A DNA stretch of 52,512 bases from Nemertoderma westbladi (lineage: Eukaryota > Animalia > Xenacoelomorpha): NCBI GenBank assembly GCA_032718475.1, contig JAUCBJ010007046.1, positions 1 through 52,512 of the forward strand, in the 5' to 3' direction. A program made the position numbers and the translations under genes. Below the pieces are notes generated by a model that saw only the letters and a list, made by a program, of their open reading frames with translations, did no database searches and was not told the DNA's origin. This document shows, piece by piece, positions 19,694 through 31,784 of this stretch (positions within the stretch are counted from its first letter, which is position 1; each line of letters opens with the position of its first letter).

Positions 19694-21637
19694 ATGAAAC
19701 TCCTTGTTGTTTTAATAACTGTCACGATGGTTATTGGAGCCGTAGTCTCTACTTTACCAAAGGGTGGAGTATGTACACGCTGGGACAAGAAAGTGTTGTA
19801 CATGAATGAACAACAACGACGAAGTCCTATCATGGCTGATCTCATGTCTTTCTTAGATAGTGAAGTAAAATTACAACTCATAAGGCAGGCCAGAGAGAAA
19901 ACATCGGAAAATAAGGTAAGTGAGAAACCCGATTCTAGGAGAAGGATAATACCAGTGTGTTATACTGACGACGGCGAAAGCCAAGCTTCTCAAGAAGAGG
20001 ACAGCGGGAAAGACACAGCAAAATCTTACTATGACAACAAGACCTATAAAGACGTAAGTAAATACAAGTCTCGAACCAGTGACAGTAGAGAACAGGTAAC
20101 AACAACTCCTCCTACGTCTCCTAAGAGAATTCACGGAAGAAAGCCCGAAGAAAGAACGAGAGTGCATAACGTTAACCAAGTTAAGGTGAGTAACATCAAA
20201 CCAAAATGTGCGCTGTGCGACGGGCCTCACCGTTTGAGTGCGTGTGCTGAATTTCTAAAGAAATCCCCTGTAGACAGACGTACAGTCCTGTGGAATAAGC
20301 GGTTATGCTATAATTGCCTCAGATCAGGACACCAACGGCGAACCTGTTACTCCGACGCAAAGTGTGCAAAGTGTGGCGCGAAACATCACATTTTGTTACA
20401 CAGTGAGTTCGAACGAGACAACCCGAGTCAGGTAAGTGAGCCCGAATTACATGTCCAATTCAGTGATGTGAACGACACTGACCAAGGTTCTGAGTGGGAA
20501 GGATTCTATACAGACGAATTCTCCGATGCCAACGAATCCTGTTATCTAATAAATACCACAGTGTATCGAGCACTTACGGATGAAAAGGACACTGACGAGT
20601 TTACTCCAACTCCTTTTGACAAACAACCATCTTGGAAAGTTCCAACTTCCAACATAGGAATAAGAGAATTTCCTGTAGTGCAAGTTCGAGTTCATGGTCC
20701 CAACAAGAGTTACATAGTGAACGCCCTACTTGACTCCGGCAGCACAGGAACATTCATCGATCAAGAACTAGCCGAAGATATCTTTGCTGGACAACCCAAA
20801 TTCCAAACTAAGTTGAATATGTCCGGAATTATGCAGGTTTGGAAATCTACCATAACGGCAGATTACTATGTAGGTGCGTTGTCCACCCCCCAGGATAAAT
20901 TAGGAGCACAAAGTATAAGGTCAGTAAAAATGGTGGCTATAAAGAACTTCGCTACTACCCAAGCAGACCTTTATAATTGGGACGAGGATGAGAGCATCCA
21001 ACATCTTAAGATACCTCGATTCCAGACAGATTATCCTGGAGTGCAAATACTTATCGGCCAAAACGCGCACGAGGCGCTCGAGACATTGGAAAAACGACCT
21101 GCTCAACCGCAGCCACTACAAACCTATGCGGTAAGAACTAGAGTAGGTTGGTACTTTACTGGTCCTTCCCGCAGAACTCTCGAAGAGAGACTACCATCAG
21201 AAAGACTATACCAGATAAATGGTTTGGAAGTGGAGAGCAGTGAAGTGGACGAACTAACTGAGGGAACACCATACTCCTCAGATAATGACGATATTAACTC
21301 CAATGAAGATCAATGGAGACATCGCCCCGAGATGATTAATCTAGCCGACATCGCTTCCAGAGGAGCGACTCCTCAAGAACGGATAGATACTCCCGGCTGG
21401 TTAGGTGGACCCGACTCCCTAAGTAAAGAAGAAGATGAATGGCCTCCTCATCTTACCACGGCGGAGAGTAGACAGGCCAAGGGAGCGGAGAAAGTAACAC
21501 GACAACCCAATCACCCAGCTGGTCGTTTATGTTTACTGAAAAGAGACCAAAAACTGTCCGGAAACTATGGAAGGCAAGATACTCTTCCTACGACCACTTC
21601 CCTAATCCGACAAATATCTAGGGACTCCATAACGTAA
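19694..21637 (+). CDS. Chimeric ORF: Penelope start fused to BEL/Pao gag-protease with in-frame pol deletions, 647 aa
   Basis: First ~12 codons match the Penelope ORF start. BEL triple knuckle CALCDGPHRLSAC / CYNCLRSGHQRRTC / CAKCGAKHHILLH; protease ALLDSGSTGTFI and ILIGQN..TRVGW; RNase H tail WRHRPEMINLADIASRG..WLGGP; integrase-end-like HPAGRLCLL. No RT motifs. Confidence 0.8.
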   Translation: MKLLVVLITVTMVIGAVVSTLPKGGVCTRWDKKVLYMNEQQRRSPIMADLMSFLDSEVKLQLIRQAREKTSENKVSEKPDSRRRIIPVCYTDDGESQASQEEDSGKDTAKSYYDNKTYKDVSKYKSRTSDSREQVTTTPPTSPKRIHGRKPEERTRVHNVNQVKVSNIKPKCALCDGPHRLSACAEFLKKSPVDRRTVLWNKRLCYNCLRSGHQRRTCYSDAKCAKCGAKHHILLHSEFERDNPSQVSEPELHVQFSDVNDTDQGSEWEGFYTDEFSDANESCYLINTTVYRALTDEKDTDEFTPTPFDKQPSWKVPTSNIGIREFPVVQVRVHGPNKSYIVNALLDSGSTGTFIDQELAEDIFAGQPKFQTKLNMSGIMQVWKSTITADYYVGALSTPQDKLGAQSIRSVKMVAIKNFATTQADLYNWDEDESIQHLKIPRFQTDYPGVQILIGQNAHEALETLEKRPAQPQPLQTYAVRTRVGWYFTGPSRRTLEERLPSERLYQINGLEVESSEVDELTEGTPYSSDNDDINSNEDQWRHRPEMINLADIASRGATPQERIDTPGWLGGPDSLSKEEDEWPPHLTTAESRQAKGAEKVTRQPNHPAGRLCLLKRDQKLSGNYGRQDTLPTTTSLIRQISRDSIT

Positions 21638-23274
21638 TAACATATGGAGTGGGTGTGTGACTATATCATTTTATATTTGTTTTTTATTTTATATTTATGT
21701 ATGTATTATTACGTAATTTTATTATAATCGTTTTCTTTAATTTTATTTAGTAGAATGTTATTTTAGCGATTATTTAGTAAATTAGTGCAATATATTAGTG
21801 TTTATTACGTACTTAATTACTTATAATATATTTAGTGCGACGGCAAGAAATAATTATTTTTCTCTTTCCTTACTGTATTATCCTTACTGTACGTATTATA
21901 TTATAAATGCGAGACTATAGTAAGATGACATGTCAGTACTTATTAAAGTACAATAAAGCCACTACTATATTCATGTATTATTGGTAGGCAGAGTATTAGG
22001 AATGCAAAGTTCAGATCCTCGTGTCTCGGCTAAACCAAGCTCTGGGTAGACCTTGGAAACGACTTGCCTCTTCACACTGACATTGCTTCGTGCGATATTG
22101 CTCTTCTACCTTATATTAAATAATATATATAGTAGCGTGATGTCCCTCTAACAGTAGCGTAAATCGCAAATAAATCTGTTAAACTTTTGACCTTCTGTAA
22201 TTCTAGTCGATTAAGATATCGTGGCACCCACCGATATACTTGAAAGACAAATTCTAGAATCAGTGGTTAATGTCCCCAGACAAGTTCTGGAATAAATCGG
22301 TGCCCATCCTAAATATTAATTTAATATTTATTAAAATCTGTAAAATCCCGATCCTTTAAAATTTCTAGTCAATTAAGATATCGCAGTATTTACCGATATT
22401 CTTAGAAGGACTATTTTATAGAATTAAGGATCCTAAGTCCCCAGATATGCTCTGGAATAAAATTTGTGTCAATTTAACATCAAATAATAAAATTCACGGG
22501 AATAAATTTAAATTCATATTCAAATGAATTTCATAAATTGTCATTTTGTGCAATTTATAACATTCCCAAAATTCCAGTAATTAATAGATCATGGGAGCGG
22601 AGATTCATATTGAGTGTATTAGAGTGTGAGAATCTCCAACATATAGTCAATAGCCGATAAAATTTATAAAATCATGCATAAAGAGGATATTGACAATTAA
22701 AGAATTACTATTAAATAACATCCCAGATCTGTATGCATGAGAATTACCCTAATTCTACCGCTAGTTTTCCATAATGTCACCATGGCAACACCCACGCTAG
22801 AATTAGAAGCAAGTTAAAGGAACAATAAAGGCTTGCCCCATTGCGTAGCATAAGAGAATACATAGCGCACTATTAGTATCCAAGGATACATAGTAATAAC
22901 GTGACATTCTGGAAGACAATGACTAACGGACAAAATGGCTTGCATGTGTGCAGTAAGTAATGATTGTATGGAATTTGTGCGTTTATAGGTGAATGATACT
23001 ACTAAAGTGTGTTTACAGTAGCTAATCGCAATTGTAAAGTAGCCTAACTCTACCGAGATAACCTCAAGTGGATTCAAGCCTTTGGGACGGACAGTGGTGG
23101 GACTTGTGTCGATTATCGTTGTCGTGCTGTTGCTACATGTTGGCGCAAACACTGCGACAGCGGTACATCGGCGCTGAGAAACCCACTGTCCGGGGGCAAA
23201 AGCCTAGTAGGCAGCGACGCCCGCTTGCCTAAAATATTAACTTATATTAATATTAATAAACTCAGATAGCAGAT

Positions 23275-24724
23275 ATGACGGAATTAATAGAAGATGACCT
23301 TGGTATTAGAGAGCGATATACTCTACCTTTACAAGCGTTTGTGGATAGCTTGATACGCGGTGAAGCCGATCCGACTATTACGGAGGACGATGGTCGTTAT
23401 ATCGAACCGCCGATGTCCCAAGAGCAACTTACGCGTGAATTGGACTATCGAAAATTAACCGCTCGCTATACGCATCGTAATGGTACGTATATGGACTTCT
23501 TAACTACCGGCCATCCTATCGATTTACATGATACGGACGATGTAGACACCCTAAAGGGAAATGGTTCTATTTAAATATCATACCCAGCGGAGTCGTAACG
23601 ATAAACCGAGAATAGATCACGAAAATTCTATTCGTAACAGACTGGGAAGACGAACCAATATGCCTAGAATCTGAGGAGATTCAGCCTATCGCGCTCGGAA
23701 CAGCGACTACGATTACAGCCTAGAATGGTATCAAGGTCCACAGTGTCTTACTGCGTATGATTATCGCCATGCCAATTATGTTTCTAGACAACGTTGTCGG
23801 CTGTGCGCATCGAGAGACCATATTACGTCTATGGACACCAACGATCTTTGTTCCTATTTCCACGAGCAACCGTCGACGAAAATCTATTGTGCATATTGTC
23901 GGCTTAATAATTTGCACATTTTTGCTGTCTGCCCCCAATTTATGACTCAATGCCATCATTGTCAATTAAAAGGACACGCCAGCTTTGATTGTCCCTTTAA
24001 CCATGATTTAGAGAGCGTAGATGAAATGATTGTACTACGTTATATCAGAGCTTGGGAAGCGAACGCGGATTTACATTGTGATTCACGCCATCGCTATTAT
24101 CCTGGACGCGCCTACGAAGGAGTTTATGCGTTCCATCCATATTTGTTTGCCTCCGTCGAGCAGAAATCGCGCCTATCAAGTTATGAACTATTGAAGCGCG
24201 TTGGAGAATGTATTTCAACCAAATATGTACGCAAATTCCTCAGGAGCATTAATCCGAGTGACATCAATTCGTATAACTTAATAAACTTTATCCGTCAAGA
24301 TCCGGCCTATGGAGACTTATTTGTCAACTCACACCCTGAGTTACAGGAAGTATATCGACGGCCTTACGAGTACAGAGCCCGCGAACGCGAGTTGGAAAGA
24401 ACCATTAAACCAAGGAAGTTTCTAACTGCCTATGGTCCACCCACGGCCCTCGTTCAGACCACTCGTAAAGGACCCGTAAGAGCGGCTGTCTTGAAACGAG
24501 CTCTCAAAGCCGTTAGACTCCTCTCCCCGGACGTTGATGTCAATCAACCCGGTACTTCGACCGGCGGATATACCGATCGCAATCCCATACCTTCTGATGC
24601 AATCATATTGCACCCTTCACCCAGGAGTTATAGCCCTCCTCGTAAAGTGGCTCGCCCCAAAGAGAAAAGGACTCTTGCTAGCTTTAAAAAACTGCGTAAA
24701 CGCCGTCCGCGCAAGAAAGACTAA
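23275..24724 (+). pseudogene. Orphan triple zinc-knuckle protein ORF (~480 aa if repaired), one frameshift and one TGA
   Basis: 23275..23574 overlaps a second frame that is open from 23555 to 24724 except for TGA at 23672. Motifs CRLC-x4-H-x9-C, CAYC-x5-H-x4-C and CHHC-x4-H-x4-C; basic C-terminus KKLRKRRPRKKD. Confidence 0.6.
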
Positions 24725-25000
24725 CTGTTTAGAGTATTTACGTATATTAGAAACTGTGATTTTTGTATATTTATAGACTCAAATCCCATTTTCTGGGAGC
24801 GGTGTAAAAGCTTCTGTGGGATATAACTGGCCCCTTTTGCTTCGCAATCCAGTTTCCCCCCAGGCGCTGGAATACTCTAAAAAGGTTCTCTAACTGTATA
24901 TATATTCCCCTCGCCCGCAAGGTACCGTTACAGGTGTTTTAACGGACATAAAAGTCATTCTGCTATATACGTGTTTTGGCGGACATGGTAAGGCAAAAAA

Positions 25001-27184
25001 CCTGCAATGCACCAACTACCTTTCACAGCTTAGCCGTGATGATTCATATTACGACATCTAACAGCTGGTTGCTGACATGGAAACAGCCAGTGGATGCATG
25101 GTTCTTTGTTTGGCTTGAGCCAATCAGAGCGATTTTTCCTGTCGACGTGTAGCTTTTCGGCCGATCATAAGGAGAGTGTTCAGTCTTACTGTTTTTACTT
25201 GATACTTTGTTGTTATTGCTGTCTAAGCCAGAAACACCGGCTTTTTGGTAAGAACTCTAGTAAACTGCTTAGATTATAGAAAGTATAACTGTTACCGGCG
25301 GTGTTACCTCACTTAATTTAACTGCACTAATCATATTGTTTGTACTGCTATTTACCGTCAGTTATTAATTGTATCTATTTGTTGATGGAAATATTGCTCT
25401 TTGGAGAATACGGATAAATCACCCAAAATTCCCAATTTTCTTGATACACTACAGGTTAGAGAGGCGGGCTATATATAACAATTGCGATTTATATCAATGT
25501 GGTGTGTATTGAATCTAATGTTATTTAGTAGACACTACCTGAGTCAATTGCTGTTCTCTTTATGTGTGATCAAATATACTGACGGTCGGCAGAATAGTGT
25601 GCATGATTGTGAGTGTGATGTGACTGGTAACAAAGCATTTCCTAAAGAATGCGACTTATACTTTAATCATAAGCCTTATCGTTGCGTTTAGTATAAGTCC
25701 TAGCTCTGTTTAAATAGATAGAGCGCCACGTCCTAAAGGAACTGTTAATATTTCCCGAAAGTTAATAATATCTGTCAGAAATTACATATTAGTGATCTAT
25801 CGAATAATACAATAGGTTTACACTGCAACCTTACACTGCAATAATAAAATCTAAGCATCCGAATTCAGCCTCCCGGGTGTAGATCCATCGGGTGAATGAT
25901 CGCGCATGGGCTGGCTTCGGCTAATGTTTTGTTTATTAGCATAAAATATTGTCGTATGCTAAAGATGTGTTAATTAACTAAAAGACATATAAATTTTGGC
26001 AGGTTAAACTGCTAAAGGTCTTCAAAAGCGCGAACAGTTAGGTCAGGATATTAACTCAACCAGCTACTCTAGACAGGAAAAAAAGATGACCCCGTGTACA
26101 CAAATTATGTTTACTACTTATTTCAACAATACAACAGAGAGACCACAGGTGAGTCAACAGAGCGAACCAAAGAGAGTCAAATAAGAGACAACTGTTGAGT
26201 CAACCGAAAGAATATGTATGAGATTTTTCAGGACACATCATGAATAATAATGAATATGTGATACAATGCCCCCAGATACGGTAAAATTCTTACTGTTTAT
26301 AGCGATGTAATTAAGCTCAATCTCCCGGTAGAATATAAGACTGGTATTGCCGATAAAATAGGAATCGTGTTGATCAAGTTTTTCGATTTGTAAATATATG
26401 TGGTAGTCAGTTACTCTAACTCTTGGTAACCGTAATTGGATCCACGGCCCAAAGTAAGTCTCGTTTCGTTCGTCACCTCCAATAATATCGCATTCGTACA
26501 AAGTTCGTTTCTAAATTAGTTTTTTTCGTCTCCTGAACATTTCTCGTCGCTAAAACCATTTTGTTTTTTATTACTAAAATTACTTAATAAAAGTCAAAAC
26601 GTTATGACCATGAAGATGGAATTGTCAATAAAATTTATGCCCTGGCTATACTGTACGTTTGGTACTGGTACACAGATGCTGACTAGTAAGGATAATATTT
26701 AAAAATAATATTTAAAAAATTACACTCGTATCACAAAAATTTAACAAAATACGAAATAAACATAGTCATCGGATGGTCAGCTAGATATAGCCAATGTTCT
26801 CCATTGATAACTCAGTTAAGTGATTCAATAATAATCGTTAAAATCTGATGTATTTTAATGCTAAATTAACGTTAATAATGAACGTTAAAAATTAACGTTA
26901 CATCAACGTTAAAAAATTTGTAAATGTCAGATCTCTGTTGATTTTTAACGTATAATTACAGTAAAAATTAACGTTAAAAATTAACATTAAAGTAACGTTA
27001 AAAAATATGGTATTGTCAGATAATTGTCTATTTTTGACGTATAATTACTGTAAAAAATTAACGTTAAAAATTGACAGAATTCTAACGTATTTTAACGTAG
27101 GTTTATGGTTAAATTCTAACTGTCATTTTTTAACGAATGTCTAACATAAACCCAACGTTAGATTAACGTTGGTGGTTTGCAGGG
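25001..27184. mobile_element. Possible non-autonomous TIR element (EnSpm-like CCCTG ends)
   Basis: CCTGCAATGCACCAAC (25001) vs GTTGGTGGTTTGCAGGG (27184); subterminal (TTAACGTTAA)-type repeats at 26860-27170. No clear TSD. Confidence 0.3.
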
Positions 27185-27349
27185 AGGTTACTGTGTGATA
27201 CCCCAACTATTCCTACCGTGCCGAGGGCGTGACCCCCCCATCCACCCCCCCCCCCCCCCCCCCCTTAATAATATAAATCAAAGCCGGTGTATGGTAGGCC
27301 TTGGGCCTATACTTCTATTTATTTATTATAATTATTTGTTTTTGATTAA

Positions 27350-29739
27350 CGCTACTAATTGAATTGCACCCCAAATTATATGATTTAACACCAAAATAAA
27401 TTATTTTCCACCAAATATATTTTTTTGTCTCACCAATTCACATCCCCCAATATTGAATATCCCTCTCACGAAAAACAATTATCTAATATCTATCCCCAAA
27501 AACAATTATTCATCCACCAAAAACAATTATTCATCCCCCAAAAACAATTATTCGTCCCCCAAAAACAATATTTGATTCCCCAAAAACAATTATTCATCCC
27601 CCAAAAATAATTATTCTTCCCCAAAAAACAATTATTCATCCTCCAAAAACAATTATTCATCCCACAAAAACAATTATTCTACCCCCAAAAACAATTATTG
27701 ATTCCCCAAAAACAATTATTCATCCCCCAAAAATAATTACAAGTACTTGTCAAACAAAAAAAAATTATTCCAGCACCAAATATTTTATATTAAATCCTGG
27801 TATTCTTCACATGGGCGCATGCTTCAGTCTTCAGTTACAATATTCGTACCGATAGACGTATTGCCTTCAGAACAACGTATTCTGTTATTAGGTTTCGTAC
27901 CGATGTACCTACAGTATTATGCCTACTTCAGTTTCAGTATTCGTACCTATAGGCCTATTGCCTATTTATTATTGCCTATGTCCTACTGTATTACTTATTC
28001 TGTTATTAGGTTTCAGTATTACAGCAGTACCGTACTGAAGTATTTGTCGGCAGTGATTTTTTATGTCCTTTTATTTGACTTTTTTTGTCCTCCTTTTTTT
28101 TACGAATTGTGCATAATGACTTTTGTTGTCCTTTTAATGACTTTTGTTGTCCTTTTAATAACTTTTGATGTATGTATTTCTTCAAACTGTCAGACTGCTG
28201 ATTTCTGGACTGTCAGACAGTTGATTTCAACATGCCTATGCCAAAACATTCAAAATTTGTTGATTTCTGGTCTGTCGGACAGTTGGTTTCACTATGCCTG
28301 TGCCAAAACATTCCATGATTCCATGATTTATAGACTATGAGATAGAATTCCATATGCGCCTGTTGTAAAAAGACTCTAAATTTAATAGTTTGTGGTTGTT
28401 GTCGATAATCGATTACCACATGACGTAGCAAAACACTCATTTTATAGCCAAAAACAATTACCAATTGATGGAAAGGAGCAGGTTAAGGCCGGATTTTCTA
28501 ACCAAAACAATAAACAGTCACATTACCAAATCAGGGAAAGGAGCAGGTTACAGAGGCGGGTTTTTCTAACCAAAACAATAGACGATCATTGAACTAATTG
28601 AGGGAAAGGGGCAGGTTACAGAGGCGGGATTTTCTAACCAAAACAATAAACGATCATTTAACTAATTGAGGGAAAGGAGCAGGTTACAGAGACGGGATTT
28701 TCTAACCAAAACAATAAACGATAACATCACCAATTCAGAGAAAGGAGCAGGTTACAGAGGCGGGATTTTCTAACCAAAACAATAAACAGTCACTTTACCA
28801 AATCAGGGAAAGGAGCAGGTTACAGAGACGGGATTTTCTAACCAAAACAATAAACGATAGCATTACCAATTGGGAGAAAGGAGCAGGTTACAGAGGCGGG
28901 ATTTCCTAACCAAAACAATAAACGATCACGTAACTAATTGAGGGAAAGGAGCAGGTTACAGAGGCGGGATTATCTAACCAAAACAATAAACGATCACTTA
29001 ACTAATTGAGGGAAAGGTGCAGGTTACAGAGGCGGGATTTTCTAACCAAAACAATAAACGATCATTTAACTAATTGAGGGAAAGTGGCAGGTTACAGAGG
29101 CGGGATTTTCTAACCTAAACAATAAACGATCATTTAACTAATTAAGGGAAAGGGGCAGGTTACAGAGGCGGGCCTTTCTAACCAAAACAATAAACGGTCA
29201 CTTTACCTTTAAGAACATTAGATTATTGCGGTTTTTGTCTGCAGTAGTATAGTATTTATTTTGGGGGATTATGTATTTATTTAGGGCAAAAATTTATTTG
29301 TTTTGGGGGAAAATGTATTTATTTTGGGTGAAAATATATTTGTTTTGGGGGAAAATGTATTTATTTTGGGCAAAAATGTATTTGTTTTGGGGGAAAAAGT
29401 ATTTATTTTGGGCTAAAATGTATTTGTTTTGGGGGAAAATGTATTTGTTTTGGGAAAATTTGTAATTATTTTGGGGGTTATGTCATTTATTTTGGTGCTA
29501 ATAATTGGTTTTGGGGAGCATTTATTTATTTTGGTATCGAATAATTGGTTTTGGTGTTGAATAATTGTTTTTGGTTTTGAAAACCTTATTTTTGTGTTTG
29601 AATTAATAAGTTTATTTGGGGTGACTTTTATTTTATTTGGTGTTGAATAATTTTTTTGGGGTCACATTATTAATTTGGTATAAAATAATTTTTTTTGGTG
29701 AAATTTTCATCTATTTTGGGATGACTTTAATTGGTAGCC
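27350..29739. mobile_element. Mutator/foldback-like non-autonomous DNA transposon
   Basis: 9-bp TSD TTTGATTAA (27341-27349, 29740-29748). Ends CGCTACTAATTG / TAATTGGTAGCC. ~400-bp diverged inverted arms contain 21-bp tandem repeats. Confidence 0.8.
28455..29208 (+). repeat. 68-bp tandem repeat, 11 copies
   Basis: Unit GGAAAGGAGCAGGTTACAGAGGCGGGATTTTCTAACCAAAACAATAAAC... with 68-bp period. Two-copy outliers at ~29940-30062 and ~52130-52253. Confidence 0.92.
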
Positions 29740-30070
29740 TTTGATTAATTATAATCGGCGGGATGAACGTGTTTGGGGGCCTCCTTTGGGGACCATTGTA
29801 TGAAACACTTTTAAGGCCCTACAACTTATTTTGTGAAACACTTTTATATGTAGGCCCTAACGCTTATTTTATGAAACACTTTTTTAATTTTTTTTTCATA
29901 AACATTTTTTTTTCATAAATAAGTAACACACGCCATAAACCAATTGAGGGAAAGGAGCAGGTTACAGAGGCAGGCTTGTCTAACCAAAAGAAATAAACGG
30001 CATCTTTACCAATTGAGGGAAAGGAGCAGGTTACAGAGGCGGGCTTTTCTAACCAAAACAATTAACAGAC

Positions 30071-30545
30071 AGTCACACTGTACTGTTAATGCAGTACTGT
30101 AGGTCTAATGCAGTTGGAGGCCCTGAAATACATTAGTCCTTTATCGGCTTCAGCAGATCCTAGCTCCAGTTCATCTCACTCGAGTGGCGGCCCAAACCCT
30201 AATTAAAATTCAAAGTGTATTCACGTTTACTTAGGGTTTACCTTAATGCAATTGCAAAGTCTATTCACTCGTCGCATGTTCAGGTTGTTCTATGCCTTGC
30301 AGCCAAATCGTCGGTAAAAAGGCAAAAGGGCATTTATGCATGCGGATTCCTGACAATGTCTCCCATTTTCATATTATTAAAGCCTGATGTGATTTTTGTA
30401 CAAAAACATAGACATTATTTTTCGGATGTAAAAGGGCATTTGTGTAAAATCATGTAAAGGCAAAAAGCCATGTACTGTATGCCTACTGCTGATGTATATC
30501 CACATACAGTACCTAGACCCTACCGGTTGGTGATATTAGAGTCGA
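30071..30545 (+). repeat. Dispersed repeat block X
   Basis: Matches 46790-47227. Its 3' ~100 bp also occurs split around the LINE (32480-32549 and 36829-36866). Confidence 0.85.
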
Positions 30546-31784
30546 TCGGACTGTACACAGTCAGACTGACAGCGTAAATTGAAAAATAATCGTATTAGTA
30601 GTACGGTATAGTGTCTGTCAACTGTACTAAAGGCAAAAGGGAATTTGATGGTTTCATTGCCATCAACTTATATCGATCATAGAATGTCAAGTAACTATGA
30701 GATAAAACTGATAAAGAGCTTCACCAGATACCAAATATATTAAATTTGGTTGAACCAATAAAGACTTTACAAATATTACGTTTTCATTTTCCTTATTGAA
30801 CCTTTTTCAAGTGATTTTATGTTATTTTATATTCAAGGTATTATTTTTTTTACTCTGCGTCTAGAACATCCTGTATACGGCGTCTTATAAATACTTTTTA
30901 GTAATAATAAAATGGCAAAATTTGAAACAGAGACAGTTTTACCCCCCCCCCCCCCCCCCCAACCCCCTTCTTAGTGGGTGAGTCAGAATTTATTCGGTAA
31001 TAACAGCTGAATCAATTTGGTTTACATATATCCAACTTTCCCCACATCCATTTCACACTTCGCGATAATATAATGTTATAATGTCGTTAATGTAAATATT
31101 TGGTTCTTTAAATTTCTTCTGATAATCTAACTGTTTTTAAATTTAATCAACATAATCTACAACATTGGTTGTTCTCACAAAAAGTGGCCAAGATTTAGAG
31201 AAAAAATGTCAATTTTTTTTTGTCAAAACTATATAAATATATACATATTTCGAGAGCTCTCGATGAGGCGATTTCGAATACATTAGTGGGCCGTTTTTTT
31301 TAGTAAAGTTGTAACTGGTTTTATTCGTGAAAAACTAATGTCCACAATGTAACATTTCGTCCCAGGTGTAACGCTACTTGTTAGCCAATCAGTTAGCCTT
31401 CATTTCACAGAACGCCCACAATCTAACTTGTTGCCTCTAATGTAACGCTACTTGTTAGCCAATCAGAAGCCATCATTTCACAGAACGCCCACAATCTAAC
31501 TTGTTGTCTCTAATGTAACGCTACTTGTTAACCAATCATTACTCGGGGATGGACATTTAAAATATATACCAGAAATTCAACAGTCACTTGTACTGTATGT
31601 CATGTAACGTCACTTTCATTATTAACCGTAAACTAAGGATTTATCGACCAAATGGCTAAAAATAATATTTTTCAAATCAGCAAATTATTTCGTTTGTATT
31701 ATTGTATACATACAATATGAATATACATATTATTGTAACAATAATTGTACAAAATAGTTAACGGAGTCCTTAAAACCATCACAA

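Larger units (their letters stand above)
12688..19729 (+). mobile_element. Penelope-like element, partial-tandem (pseudo-LTR) array
   Basis: 12688-15110 repeats 17160-19729 at about 99% in the coding part. Each unit ends with a hammerhead followed by the first codons of the ORF. Confidence 0.93.

Noticed and set aside
21981-21995. TGGTAGGCAGAG as an initiator-Met PBS
   Set aside because: One extra G, not preceded by a CA LTR end, and no partner LTR in the window.
23672-23674. In-frame TGA as selenocysteine or readthrough
   Set aside because: No SECIS recognised; simple nonsense decay (for example CGA to TGA) is sufficient.
26238-26501. 87-aa minus-strand ORF
   Set aside because: No recognisable motif or supported splice structure.
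27747-28340. 197-aa hydrophobic ORF
   Set aside because: Produced by T-rich short repeats inside the foldback element; no ATG start and no domain.
28455-29208. CRISPR-like array
   Set aside because: The variable parts are homologous to each other, there are no cas genes, and the context is eukaryotic.
29271-29465. Repetitive MYLFWGK ORF
   Set aside because: Translation of the 21-bp TIR repeat.
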